64,000 nucleotides of DNA from an uncultured virus (IMG/VR IMGVR_UViG_3300022924_000206) (IMGVR_UViG_3300022924_000206), one strand, 5' to 3'; positions 8,270 to 17,374 are shown, numbered from the stretch's first letter. Made by a program: numbers and translations. Notes: generated from the sequence alone by a model not told the origin.

Positions 8270-8779
8270 ATGACTTATCTCTCTTCGAGGCTTGAGTCCA
8301 TTAGGGTGGAGGTCGCGAGTGAGTTTGCTTTTCTTCAAAAAATTCATCGAGACCCCATTGAACCTTTCGCCCCGGTAACCATTGACGATGCCGTTAGAAT
8401 AAGCAATTGGTATGAGGACATCCGTAAATCTTTTATAGACGGCAATCCTCCTGAGACTGGGTTAGAAGATGCCAATGAAAAATTTGCTGAGGATCTTGAA
8501 ACGCTAAAAGAGGTAGCGGCAGAGCTCACCGTTGAGCGAGTATTATTCGAGAAATTTTCTCAGGCCATTGCTCCCTGTAGAGCTCGTCACGGTTACGATT
8601 CCAATTGGGATTACGCCCTTCTCTCCATCGAAGGCATGCCGTTTAGTGAAGTTTTCTCCCGCGCTAAGAAAAGCTACGAGGCCGTAGAAAGCGCATCTAA
8701 AGATGATTTCCCGCCCATGAATGAGGCTGGGCGGTTGATCGCAGAGCTCGAGGTTATAGATCTCCTTTGGCACGATTGA
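8270..8779 (+). CDS. Hypothetical protein
   Basis: 169-aa ORF directly after the previous stop. Confidence 0.7.
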   Translation: MTYLSSRLESIRVEVASEFAFLQKIHRDPIEPFAPVTIDDAVRISNWYEDIRKSFIDGNPPETGLEDANEKFAEDLETLKEVAAELTVERVLFEKFSQAIAPCRARHGYDSNWDYALLSIEGMPFSEVFSRAKKSYEAVESASKDDFPPMNEAGRLIAELEVIDLLWHD

Positions 8780-8845
8780 TCTAATCTCTCTAGTCGAGAA
8801 TGATATCCTTCTTACGTGTTTATGAAGAATGATTGAAGTCCTCCC

Positions 8846-9085
8846 ATGAGTGTAGTACGGTCGCCTGAAAGTGGCAACATTGTTTGGCACAGCGGTTTGA
8901 TTTTAGAGCTCGAACTCCAGGGAGAAAAACTTATTGGTCGTCGAGTTAGTCAAGCAGGTTCTAAAGATTTAGTACTAGATGATTTCTCCGAGACTGTAAT
9001 TTTAGCGCCAACTCTCAAAATATTCCGTGAGACTCTCATGGCTAAAGGTCACATGCTCGGTCTTTTGCTCGATAAAGAGGCCTAA
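8846..9085 (+). CDS. Hypothetical protein
   Basis: 79-aa ORF. Confidence 0.55.
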   Translation: MSVVRSPESGNIVWHSGLILELELQGEKLIGRRVSQAGSKDLVLDDFSETVILAPTLKIFRETLMAKGHMLGLLLDKEA

Positions 9086-9198
9086 GCTACGTTACAAAGC
9101 CTAACTGTTGGGCGTCTCTCTAGCACAAGAGCTATTGCTTCTCAACCCAAAATAAGTTATAATTAAGGTAACTGTATATAGGGATTTAGGGAGTACTC

Positions 9199-9519
9199 AT
9201 GACGTTCACAACGGAGCAAGTTTCAGAGGCAATTTCGGAGCAGGGGCTCCAGGAGTTCGTTGAGGAGCTCACTGATACTTGGAGTAACCCCTCCCCCACC
9301 GTGGAGCTCGAAGGCCTAGGCATCGCAGCCTATGTGGATGGAAAGCTCGGTCGTGAAGGTGGCGGCGAGGACATTTGGTTCGTTTTCAGCCTCGATGGAA
9401 AGTTCTACCGCCTCACCGGTTGGTATTCCTCCTACGATGGCTCCAACTGGGAGGACGCTCGTGTTGAGCTCGTGGTTCCCGAAGAGAAGATCATCACCAT
9501 CTACGTGGCTGGAGAGTAA
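9199..9519 (+). CDS. Hypothetical acidic phage protein (paralog of next gene)
   Basis: YRLTGWYSSYDG..W motif; GGGGAG RBS. Confidence 0.8.
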   Translation: MTFTTEQVSEAISEQGLQEFVEELTDTWSNPSPTVELEGLGIAAYVDGKLGREGGGEDIWFVFSLDGKFYRLTGWYSSYDGSNWEDARVELVVPEEKIITIYVAGE

Positions 9520-9522
9520 ATC

Positions 9523-9876
9523 ATGGCTCTATCAGAAAAAGAAGTTCAGCACGCAATCGAGGAGCGAAGAGATCGTCTCGATGACCTTGAGCTCGATTAT
9601 GAGGATGAAAGCTACGAGGAGTCTGAGTTCGCAGAGGCTCTCCAGGAAGTTGAAAAGGGCGAAGGTGTAACCCTCAAGGACATCGGAACCGCCTACTATG
9701 TGGATTACATTCACATCAACGAGGACCTTTCACTAATTTTCAAAATCGGTGAGCAGCTCTTCCGCATTAGAGGTTATTACAACTCTTATGACAACGATGA
9801 GTGGGAAACCGATGTTGAAGAGGTCATTCCTGAAGAGCAGGTAGTCATCGTCTACACTCGAGTAACTCGTGGGTAG
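9523..9876 (+). CDS. Hypothetical acidic phage protein (tandem paralog)
   Basis: FRIRGYYNSYDN..W motif. Confidence 0.8.
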   Translation: MALSEKEVQHAIEERRDRLDDLELDYEDESYEESEFAEALQEVEKGEGVTLKDIGTAYYVDYIHINEDLSLIFKIGEQLFRIRGYYNSYDNDEWETDVEEVIPEEQVVIVYTRVTRG

Positions 9877-10111
9877 TCAGCGACGGCTTCTTGCCGAACT
9901 TGAGGATCAAGGTATCGTTGGTGATGCCGCCTGGACAACATTGGAAGCCGTAGAGACTCTTCGTAGTGCCGGGGATGATTTTAGCGATGCTCTCTACCAC
10001 TTTTTGGAAGAGGGCGACCGCGAGAAGGCGCTCGAAACCCTCCAGTCGGTGCTAGCTAGCGTAACCTCAGCTGTAGAAAAAGCTTCAGAGACAATTTCCG
10101 CAAAGAACTAG
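9869..10111 (+). CDS. Hypothetical protein
   Basis: 80-aa helical ORF within the operon. Confidence 0.65.
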   Translation: MGSQRRLLAELEDQGIVGDAAWTTLEAVETLRSAGDDFSDALYHFLEEGDREKALETLQSVLASVTSAVEKASETISAKN

Positions 10112-10126
10112 TTTTAGGATTCCACA

Positions 10127-10882
10127 ATGAAGGTATTGACAGGTTCCACCGCTCTAAAACACTATATTCCTGAGCTCCGTGAACCGAAGGATGTGGATTA
10201 CCTCTCCGATGAGCCGGTGGAGGCGGGGGAGGACACTTTCTCTCACCCGACCATCGGAACCTATCCATGGTCTGGTCCCATCGCTTCACTCGATGAGCTC
10301 TATACCATCAAGGTTTCTCATTCATTTTGGGTTTTGAAAAACGGCTCCTGGGAAAAGCACATTTACGACATCGTTCAGATGAAGAAACTCGGTGCTCAGG
10401 TTATTCCTGAACTGTACACTCTTCTCTACGGGATCTGGGAGGAGCGCTACGGCAAGAAGAAGATCACTCTTGAGCTTGCTCCGGATGAGTTCTTCAACCC
10501 TCATGTGAACCGTAAGTACGAGCACGATAGCATTCATGCCTCGGTAGCTTATTACGATGAGCCTCTGTTCAACCGTATCCTTCGGGATGGTCACGAGGTG
10601 GCGGTTGACCGTAGCAAGTTTGAAGCACTCTCGTTGGAAGACAAGTTCAAGCTTGTCCGAGAGGAGGTCTACGCCACGGCTTTGGAGCGTAGAGTTATCC
10701 CTGCGGATTACAACACTAATCGTCAAGGCGCCTACGCCTATGCTTTGAAGAAGACCCTAACGGACTTCACAAAGGGCTGGTTTCCGCTGTTTATCATTGA
10801 GCACTACGATGAGCTTCGTAAGCCTGACCTCAATTATGTCGAGGTTCACAAGGCCAACGCCGATAAGCTAATCCTGCTCTAA
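10127..10882 (+). CDS. Phage protein with nucleotidyltransferase-like N-terminus
   Basis: TGSTAL...REPKDVD (GS..DxD) and later HDSIH motif. Confidence 0.65.
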   Translation: MKVLTGSTALKHYIPELREPKDVDYLSDEPVEAGEDTFSHPTIGTYPWSGPIASLDELYTIKVSHSFWVLKNGSWEKHIYDIVQMKKLGAQVIPELYTLLYGIWEERYGKKKITLELAPDEFFNPHVNRKYEHDSIHASVAYYDEPLFNRILRDGHEVAVDRSKFEALSLEDKFKLVREEVYATALERRVIPADYNTNRQGAYAYALKKTLTDFTKGWFPLFIIEHYDELRKPDLNYVEVHKANADKLILL

Positions 10883-11100
10883 CGGATGAGCGTTACTTCT
10901 TCCGGAAACTTCAGGTAGGTTTTTCCTTCTTTATAAATGTCGGTTCCATAGACCTCAGGATCACGAATCAGGCGGATTTTCTTATCCGTGAAACCGACTA
11001 CCACGAGAGCGATGAGAGGAGAGTAGCCGTTAAGTGTGGCGGCTACTCGATCACCGACAACAAGAGATCTTCCTTGAAAATCCTGCTCGGCGGTGTTCAC
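10879..11100 (-). CDS. Small SH3/KOW-like hypothetical protein
   Basis: DFQGRSLVVGDRV...VVGFTDKKIR pattern. Confidence 0.65.
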   Translation of the reverse strand: MNTAEQDFQGRSLVVGDRVAATLNGYSPLIALVVVGFTDKKIRLIRDPEVYGTDIYKEGKTYLKFPEEVTLIR

Positions 11101-11369
11101 AGGGTCTCCCGAAGTGCGACGAGGAAGCGCTGGAAAGGCTCAGCGGAGATGCTCCAGTCGGGAACGCCCCCGTGAATGTTGAGCCCACCCTTGACCTCCA
11201 GGATGGTGCTCAGGTAGTAGCTACCGCCGGTGAACTGACCCAGGGGAGTGTGGGGATAGCGGGTGTCGTAGAACTTGACAGTGGACTTCTCCGAATTAGC
11301 CTCGATCTTGACCTCGGCGTTGAACGTGATGCCGGAACGGGAGTCGGTAATGCTGAAAATCTTTTCCAC
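11097..11369 (-). CDS. Hypothetical protein
   Basis: AGGAG RBS; FYDTRYPHTPLGQF. Confidence 0.7.
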   Translation of the reverse strand: MEKIFSITDSRSGITFNAEVKIEANSEKSTVKFYDTRYPHTPLGQFTGGSYYLSTILEVKGGLNIHGGVPDWSISAEPFQRFLVALRETL

Positions 11370-11470
11370 GAGTTTACTCCTAGGTTAGTTTTTCGTACAA
11401 AACAACAGTAACATACTTTAGACGATACGTTAACCGTTTAGAAAAACATTATGAGATTTACGGAGCCAAA

Positions 11471-11656
11471 ATGAAATTCTTCCTCGATGACAGCGAAACA
11501 ATTTACGGACCCTTCACCAGTGTAGATGAAGCGAGTACTTTTGTTCTCACTTTGCCGGTGACAAGACACAGTAAGGCTGGATTATTTCGAGAAACCGAAG
11601 ATGGAATTCTTGATCTCTTAGCTCACATAGCTCTTCCCACTCCCGCGCAGCTCTGA
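11471..11656 (+). CDS. Hypothetical protein
   Basis: 61-aa ORF with GGAG RBS. Confidence 0.6.
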   Translation: MKFFLDDSETIYGPFTSVDEASTFVLTLPVTRHSKAGLFRETEDGILDLLAHIALPTPAQL

Positions 11657-11670
11657 ACCAAAGGAAACCC

Positions 11671-12732
11671 ATGAGATACCACCTGAAAGAAGACGGCACC
11701 GCCGGTCCATGCAAAGCGGCTCCGGGCAATTGTCCTAAGGGTGCAGCTATCCATGGGGATTCGGTTCAAGAGGTCTATTCACAGCTCGAAAGCGTTATGA
11801 AATCTCAATTATTCCCTGAACCGGAATATCCAGCGCCGAAAGAACGTCCTTCAGCTAGAGAGATCGGTAGCGCGGGTCAGATGATGACCTATAATGAGCC
11901 TGAGATAATCAAGCTCCAGTTAGAGGCATTCGCTAAACTCGGGATCATTAGCGATGCTATTCCGATCCTCGAGAAGCACAGTCCAGTTATTGGTAAGGCT
12001 TGGGAGGTTGGTACCCAAGGCGCACTTGAGTATGCTAACTTCAAAGTGAAGCAGCAGGAATACATCTATGAGGGCTCCAATGACGAGCGTTTCATCGGTC
12101 AAACCCCCACCTGGGTGGCTAACTCTCACTATGAGCTCCAAACAGCTGCTCTGAACTCACTCATGGATAAACTTGAGACCGGAACCCTCGAAGGCGTAGA
12201 TTTAGACGCCTATCAGGTGGCCCTTGGGGATACTCATGTGCTCAATGAGTACGGGAAACCTCAGGTAAACGCTTTCTTAGCTTTCAACTACAATCCTCAC
12301 CGCCAGGACGACAATTTCTTCAACAATGTAAAAACTCGATTCCTAAAAGAAGGCTTCGGTAAGACTCAACTCTCCGAGAACAAGAGCCGTTTCAAGGTTC
12401 CGGCATTCTACTGGAATGGACTAGATGAAACACGCAAAGAACGTGTGGTTGCTCAGCTTCTTTCGGATAACTACGATGGTCGTGGCGGAAAAAGAGAGTT
12501 CAAGGATAAGGCACTTGGAAGAGATTTCGGAAAACTCCTCAGCACCACGTTTGCTTACAACTCTCAACTAAACGTGCGCGGTATTGAAGAGGGAACTCCA
12601 GCTTCGTTCTCATTGGATTGGGACGGAAGCAAAGTCGAAGGAACCTACAAGTTCACCGATGATGGTTTCGAGTGGACTGAAACTAGCCGTACCTATGTGA
12701 CACCCAAACCGGATCCAAGGTTAGCCTACTAA
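11671..12732 (+). CDS. Protein with the shared N-terminal Cys/His module
   Basis: MRYHLKEDGTAGPCKAAPGNCPKG..IHG followed by an unrelated ~300-aa domain. Confidence 0.8.
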   Translation: MRYHLKEDGTAGPCKAAPGNCPKGAAIHGDSVQEVYSQLESVMKSQLFPEPEYPAPKERPSAREIGSAGQMMTYNEPEIIKLQLEAFAKLGIISDAIPILEKHSPVIGKAWEVGTQGALEYANFKVKQQEYIYEGSNDERFIGQTPTWVANSHYELQTAALNSLMDKLETGTLEGVDLDAYQVALGDTHVLNEYGKPQVNAFLAFNYNPHRQDDNFFNNVKTRFLKEGFGKTQLSENKSRFKVPAFYWNGLDETRKERVVAQLLSDNYDGRGGKREFKDKALGRDFGKLLSTTFAYNSQLNVRGIEEGTPASFSLDWDGSKVEGTYKFTDDGFEWTETSRTYVTPKPDPRLAY

Positions 12733-12742
12733 AATCTATTCT

Positions 12743-12786
12743 AGATAGCCCGTAACTTTTCTATTATGAAGCGTTACGGGCTATCT
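12743..12786 (+). terminator. Terminator
   Basis: AGATAGCCCGTAAC / GTTACGGGCTATCT then TTTG. Confidence 0.75.
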
Positions 12787-12822
12787 TTTGTTAGAATAAA
12801 CTAAATAACACTGGAGGTCACT

Positions 12823-13468
12823 ATGACTGGAATCATGCCCAAGGAGTATCTTCACTTTAGTTAGAGGCACTCGTCTTATAACTGGTGAAGAGGCGCTAGA
12901 GCGCCGCTCGACACTAAACTCACTCATCGAAATGAGTGTAACAGCTGGCTTCCAGGAGGTGATACTTCCCTCGCTTCAGCCAGCGGCATTGTTTGCGGAT
13001 AAAGGTGGTCCTGAGCTTCTATCCCAGATGTACGTCTTTCCAGATAAAAAGGGACGAGAGCTAAGTCTTCAGCCGGAGGGTACCGCCGTATGTCAGCTTC
13101 TCGCTCGCACCGAATGGAAAGCTCTAAAGGATGTGAAAATATTCTACGAGACCCGCTGTTGGCGCTATGAGAGACCGCAGGCTGGACGCTATCGTGAGTT
13201 TACACAATTTGGGGTAGAGGTCCTGAACCCTACTAGAGATTATTCGGATGAACTCATTGCTCTAGGTGAAAAAATGGTGAGCACTTTCACTAGCAACTAC
13301 GAGGTGGCTCCGGCGGTGAAGAGAGGCTTAGCCTATTACGTGGAGGACGGGTTTGAAATAGCTTGTCCAAGCTTAGGTGCTCAAAAACAAGTGCTCGGAG
13401 GAGGCGCATACGCCGAAGGGATAGGCTTTGCTTTGGGTGTTGATCGACTAATCTTAGCTAAAGATTAA
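12823..13468 (+). CDS. hisS: Minimal histidyl-tRNA synthetase catalytic domain, predicted +1 frameshift at 12850-12855
   Basis: VRGTR, PEGT, motif 2 WRYERPQAGRYREFTQFGVE, RGLAYY, GGGAY, motif 3 GIGFALGVDRL; the only SD-led ATG (12823) is out of frame with the synthetase. Confidence 0.8.
12841..12855 (+). promoter_or_regulatory. RF2-type +1 frameshift cassette with a His codon
   Basis: AAG GAG TAT CTT CAC compared with E. coli prfB AGG GGG TAT CTT TGA. Confidence 0.7.
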
Positions 13469-13472
13469 ACAG

Positions 13473-13505
13473 AAGTGGCGCCAAGCAATAAACTTGGCGC
13501 CACTT
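13473..13505. terminator. Bidirectional terminator
   Basis: AAGTGGCGCCAAG / CTTGGCGCCACTT. Confidence 0.8.
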
Positions 13506-13516
13506 TAGTGTTTAGT

Positions 13517-14065
13517 TTAGAGTCCCTGGCCGTGCTGAGCTAGCCAAGCCTCGGCCTCCACAATATTTTCGTCGCTAAGCCCCTGTGCTCCATCCGTGTA
13601 GAGGAAACCGAAACCAGGACGGTTGAATAACCCCGTGCGGTCAGTGAATGGAGGATTGTCGTCAATCCAGAGCATCGGCCTTCCTGGAAACTGTGACTCA
13701 AGCTGAGCGGCTTTCCATTCGGGAGAGCGCCCCTTGAGGATTGTTCGCTCCGTGTCCACCGCCACCGGAAGTGTGAAACCAAGGGCCTCACCGAAGTAAG
13801 TGTTAGCCCAGTGCTGCCAGGTGGTCGCCCACTGGACCTCGACGCCACGCTCTAGAAGAAACTGAATCCACTCAACCGCAGGGCGAGAGAAATAGATGTT
13901 TCTTCTACTCTTACCTTTCTTGCTCCAGTTCGGTTGACCATGGAACATGGAGGGATATTCCTCTTTCGAGAACAGGCATTCCACTCTGATGTCATCAGGT
14001 TTAGGATCCCGAAGCGGACGAATCACTCCATCGCAATCGAGAGCAATTATTGGTTTTAGCGTCAA
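13517..14065 (-). CDS. HAD-superfamily phosphatase
   Basis: ALDCDGVI, WATTW, K, WIDD motifs. Confidence 0.85.
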   Translation of the reverse strand: MTLKPIIALDCDGVIRPLRDPKPDDIRVECLFSKEEYPSMFHGQPNWSKKGKSRRNIYFSRPAVEWIQFLLERGVEVQWATTWQHWANTYFGEALGFTLPVAVDTERTILKGRSPEWKAAQLESQFPGRPMLWIDDNPPFTDRTGLFNRPGFGFLYTDGAQGLSDENIVEAEAWLAQHGQGL

Positions 14066-14100
14066 GAGGTTTCACCCACTTTCAAAATGGTTTTAGTGAT

Positions 14101-14346
14101 TCAGTTAGTGGAGGAGACTGCCCACTCCACGAGGTCACCGCGAATGTCAAGGAAGTCGGAGGCCTGCTCGAGGAATGCCTCCGTGGAAGGACGGCTCTGA
14201 TCAGCCGCCTGGAGAGTGGCGAGAACCGTTTGTGGCTCAGTGAGTGCCTGAATCGCCATGGAGGCCATAACCTCCGCCACTAGACGAGTAGCTGCCTCGT
14301 GTTGTGCCTTGGGAAGCTTACGCATGGATGCGAATTGTCCTGCCAT
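14101..14346 (-). CDS. Hypothetical protein
   Basis: GGAGGAG RBS; TAATG coupling. Confidence 0.7.
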   Translation of the reverse strand: MAGQFASMRKLPKAQHEAATRLVAEVMASMAIQALTEPQTVLATLQAADQSRPSTEAFLEQASDFLDIRGDLVEWAVSSTN

Positions 14347-14504
14347 TAGTTCTCCTCCTGAGTATCTTCAGCAGCGCGCTGCTCTTCGATGAGCTGATCG
14401 GCAATTTTCTTTTCGACTCGGCGGGACTGCCCGCTAGTCATTTCACCACGGCTACGCCAGTTGGTACGAGCGAGCGCTCCACGGGTCTTTCCGGTATCGG
14501 TCAT
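14346..14504 (-). CDS. 52-aa hypothetical protein (leaderless)
   Basis: Hand-translated MTDTGKTRGALARTNWRSRGEM...; TAGGAT-N6-ATG. Confidence 0.65.
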   Translation of the reverse strand: MTDTGKTRGALARTNWRSRGEMTSGQSRRVEKKIADQLIEEQRAAEDTQEEN

Positions 14505-14543
14505 GGAACCATCCTACACTATAAAACGTTTTAGCGCAATAGT

Positions 14544-14957
14544 TTATTGAGCGATGGGTGCCCAAGTGAGCTTCACATGAGCCCATTTTGTCTCTAGATA
14601 TGCTCGGATTCGACCTTCATCCTCCGGCTTAGGATCAATGATCTTAGCGAAAAGAAAGTTTCCCTTACGTTGAAGAATATAGCAGAAGCGAAGTTCGCCG
14701 GGGCGGGCCGGCTCGTAGTCGTCTTCATCGTAATCTTCAGAGTTTACGTCTACTGTTTCACCCTCGTAGGCGGGGAAGAAATCCCAACGGTAGAGGAAGT
14801 TGTAATCTTCGTCCGCGTCATCCATTTCCGCTAAGAAGTCATCCCAGGTTTCATACTCAAGGTAGAAACCCTCCATCTGGAAACGATTAGCAAAATAGTT
14901 GCCATCGGGGGCGTGATAGGGGTGATCTAGCTCCCAGAAAGGCTTTACATCACTCAT
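14544..14957 (-). CDS. Hypothetical acidic phage protein
   Basis: MSDVKPFWELDHPY...DEDYNFLYRWD..QRKG. Confidence 0.75.
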   Translation of the reverse strand: MSDVKPFWELDHPYHAPDGNYFANRFQMEGFYLEYETWDDFLAEMDDADEDYNFLYRWDFFPAYEGETVDVNSEDYDEDDYEPARPGELRFCYILQRKGNFLFAKIIDPKPEDEGRIRAYLETKWAHVKLTWAPIAQ

Positions 14958-15165
14958 CCTCAGCACCAGCAATCTGATACTCGGAGTTGCTGGATGGCCA
15001 GGTGACGAAGATTTGAGCACTGTTCACAAGGTCATGGATCTCTTGCTGAACCTCTTCGGATTCTTCGGCTAACTCATCGTCTTCATAGATCATGGAGTAT
15101 TCCACATCCTGGACGTGGAGCCCTAAAATTCTAGCCGCGTGATCGCGTTTCTCTTCTTCAGTCAT
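14950..15165 (-). CDS. Hypothetical protein
   Basis: 71 aa, GGGAG RBS. Confidence 0.7.
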   Translation of the reverse strand: MTEEEKRDHAARILGLHVQDVEYSMIYEDDELAEESEEVQQEIHDLVNSAQIFVTWPSSNSEYQIAGAEDE

Positions 15166-15222
15166 CTACTTACTCCCTAACAATTTACGTTGGAGTATTA
15201 TAACTAAAACCAATAGAAGCCT

Positions 15223-15263
15223 AAGAAAAGGGCCGCAGCTAAAATAGCTGCGGCCCTTTTCTT
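15223..15263. terminator. Terminator
   Basis: AAGAAAAGGGCCGCAGCTA / TAGCTGCGGCCCTTTTCTT. Confidence 0.8.
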
Positions 15264-15274
15264 TCGTGTCGAGT

Positions 15275-15616
15275 TTAGCCTTGGCCTTCTGAAATAGCCT
15301 GGACAAGACCGCCGACAAAAGCGAAGCCTAGGAGGATCATCGAAACCTGAAGACCTTCCCATCCGAACAGCAGAAAAAGAATCAGAGAACCTAGGAGGAA
15401 AACAGCTACCGCGATAGCGAAAACGAGGTTGGCGACACGGTGCGGGTTTTCCAACGAAGCTTCAACATCAGAGGGAATATAGCTCTTGTAGTCAAAATGT
15501 TCGTAGCTCTTTAGCTCGTAAGAATCATAGAACGGCTCTTTACTGTAATCCTCGAGCTTATTGTAGGAGTTGTAATGCTGCTCCTGAACTTTTACACGCT
15601 TCATGTCATTGTCCAT
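15275..15616 (-). CDS. Membrane protein with Tyr-rich N-terminus
   Basis: Two C-terminal hydrophobic segments. Confidence 0.7.
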   Translation of the reverse strand: MDNDMKRVKVQEQHYNSYNKLEDYSKEPFYDSYELKSYEHFDYKSYIPSDVEASLENPHRVANLVFAIAVAVFLLGSLILFLLFGWEGLQVSMILLGFAFVGGLVQAISEGQG

Positions 15617-15654
15617 GATTTCACCATAACATTTCTGAGTAAAACTGTCAATGA

Positions 15655-15780
15655 TTACTTGACAGGTGGCTCCATTTGAGCGCCGCCGATGATAAGCACT
15701 TTGAGCAAAGCACTTACCTCCTCTGCAGTGAGCTGCGGTCGCATGCTCCCCGAAGAGTCTTCGATATAGAGGTCAACCAT
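15655..15780 (-). CDS. Small hypothetical protein
   Basis: MVDLYIEDSSG..., coupled to the upstream ORF. Confidence 0.5.
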   Translation of the reverse strand: MVDLYIEDSSGSMRPQLTAEEVSALLKVLIIGGAQMEPPVK

Positions 15781-15889
15781 TGTCGGAGCCTTTAGGGTTG
15801 AAGAATTCCCAGAGAATTTTACGAGGCTCTGGAAGCATAAGTACTCCGACACAGCCGATGATTAATGCGATGTGCAAAACTAGTGGCAT
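15773..15889 (-). CDS. 38-aa membrane peptide
   Basis: MPLVLHIALIIGCVGVLMLP...; AAGGAG RBS. Confidence 0.55.
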   Translation of the reverse strand: MPLVLHIALIIGCVGVLMLPEPRKILWEFFNPKGSDNG

Positions 15890-15893
15890 TTTA

Positions 15894-16405
15894 TTACTCC
15901 TTAGCTGAAAACTTATCGAAAACTGAACCTTCGGGAACGTAAAAGTCGTAGGTGTTCGCGGTGCCCACGGAGTCGCTCCAGGGGAATGCCCAGCTGGACT
16001 TCTTCCACACCCAATCGTAACGAATGAAGTACGGCTCACCTTGAACATTCTGATTTACACGAGCTTCAGAACCTTTCACCTGCCCGGGACTTCCCAAATA
16101 TTAACACCGTCGGTTTGGGTGGTCACAAAGTTAATAACGAGTTCTCCATTGAGCTCATCGTAAACAACATAGTAATCCCGAGCCGCCGTCTCATTCAAGG
16201 AGCTCAGCGGCTTCAACTGGTAATTATTCTGAGCAACTAACTCAGCATTCGCCGAAGCCGCGTTGTGAACAGTCGAAAGGCCGATGAAGCCGATTATGGC
16301 GAGGAGTACGGTGCTAACCACCCCTACCCATATGCGCTTTCCGATGAAATGACCCACCACGCAACCGATTACCACGGCTACGAAGATCATAAGGAACAGA
16401 CCCAC
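15894..16405 (-). pseudogene. Frameshifted membrane-anchored protein (paralog of 1-327)
   Basis: ORFs 16076-16405 and 15894-16097 align end to end with the intact protein at 1-327; frame change near 16080-16100. Confidence 0.6.
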
Positions 16406-16476
16406 GGTACTCCCTTTACTAATTGATTCAATCGTATCGGGCTACTGCCTAAAAGTCAATGTTTTACCGTAGAAGT

Positions 16477-17043
16477 TTAGTCATCCAAGCCGTTGTAAAC
16501 AGTTTCAGCCTCGAAAGAATCCAACACCTCCGGTTGCCAATTACGGTGGATCTCGGTGAGGATATAGATCCCAACCTCTCTCCAAGCTTCAAAAATTTCG
16601 TCTTGTGAAATTTCTTTGAGCTCAGCAAGAGTGAATAAGCGAATGTCGGTGGATTCACCATCTTCTGGACTCAACTCGGGCTCTTCGGAAGCGGTGAGCG
16701 CGTACATTATGTCCGTGTGAAAGTGGACCGGCTCAACGGGGTACTGTCCGGTGGAATGGAGAACCGGCTGAGGATGAACCGCCGCATCCGTCAAAGACTT
16801 GATTCGAAGCGGAGGTTGTAGAATGCGAAGTTGGGAGTGGAGATATCCGGTCTCTTCGGTGATCTCGTGAAGGGCAGCCTGCCAGGGAGTCTCATTGAGT
16901 TCAACATGGCCTCCGAACATGGAGAGGCGACCGGTCTTACGGTGAGTGTGGAGGATAAGCTTTGGCTCATCGAAATCTTCTCGAACGATGAAAAAGCTTA
17001 CTGTTGAGTCGTGGTGACCGTTAGCGGTGTGGATATGTGGCAT
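16477..17043 (-). CDS. NUDIX hydrolase
   Basis: GGHVELNETPWQAALHEITEETGY Nudix box. Confidence 0.9.
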   Translation of the reverse strand: MPHIHTANGHHDSTVSFFIVREDFDEPKLILHTHRKTGRLSMFGGHVELNETPWQAALHEITEETGYLHSQLRILQPPLRIKSLTDAAVHPQPVLHSTGQYPVEPVHFHTDIMYALTASEEPELSPEDGESTDIRLFTLAELKEISQDEIFEAWREVGIYILTEIHRNWQPEVLDSFEAETVYNGLDD

Positions 17044-17109
17044 AGTTAGCTCACTTACATAAATAGAAGTTACGTGAGTATACTACCGAAGGCTACCGTC
17101 GTTGGAAGA

Positions 17110-17352
17110 TCATTTACGAGTTTTTGTTTTATCTCGCCAGTTCAGGATTTCACTGGCAACGGTGCGATTTACAACGCTCACTGTCCCCGCCAAAGTCTGG
17201 ATTACACCGAGGTTACCACGAGGATCCTCTTCGTCTTTGAAAATAGCTTTCTCGATGTCAGCAAGCTCTGTGGTGAGCTGCCGAGCGGTTAGCTGAGCCT
17301 TCTCGTAGAGCTTAGAAATATCCTCTGCCGTGGCGCTTGTGCTTTTAGTCAT
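17110..17352 (-). CDS. Hypothetical protein
   Basis: Start MTKSTS behind GAGGAGAAGG. Confidence 0.65.
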   Translation of the reverse strand: MTKSTSATAEDISKLYEKAQLTARQLTTELADIEKAIFKDEEDPRGNLGVIQTLAGTVSVVNRTVASEILNWRDKTKTRK

Positions 17353-17374
17353 TACCTTCTCCTCGAATTGTGAA

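Noticed and set aside
12932..13468. ORF-track start of the HisRS-like gene at ATG 12932
   Set aside because: No SD or leaderless -10 precedes it, and it would omit the in-frame VRGTR N-terminal segment typical of HisRS.
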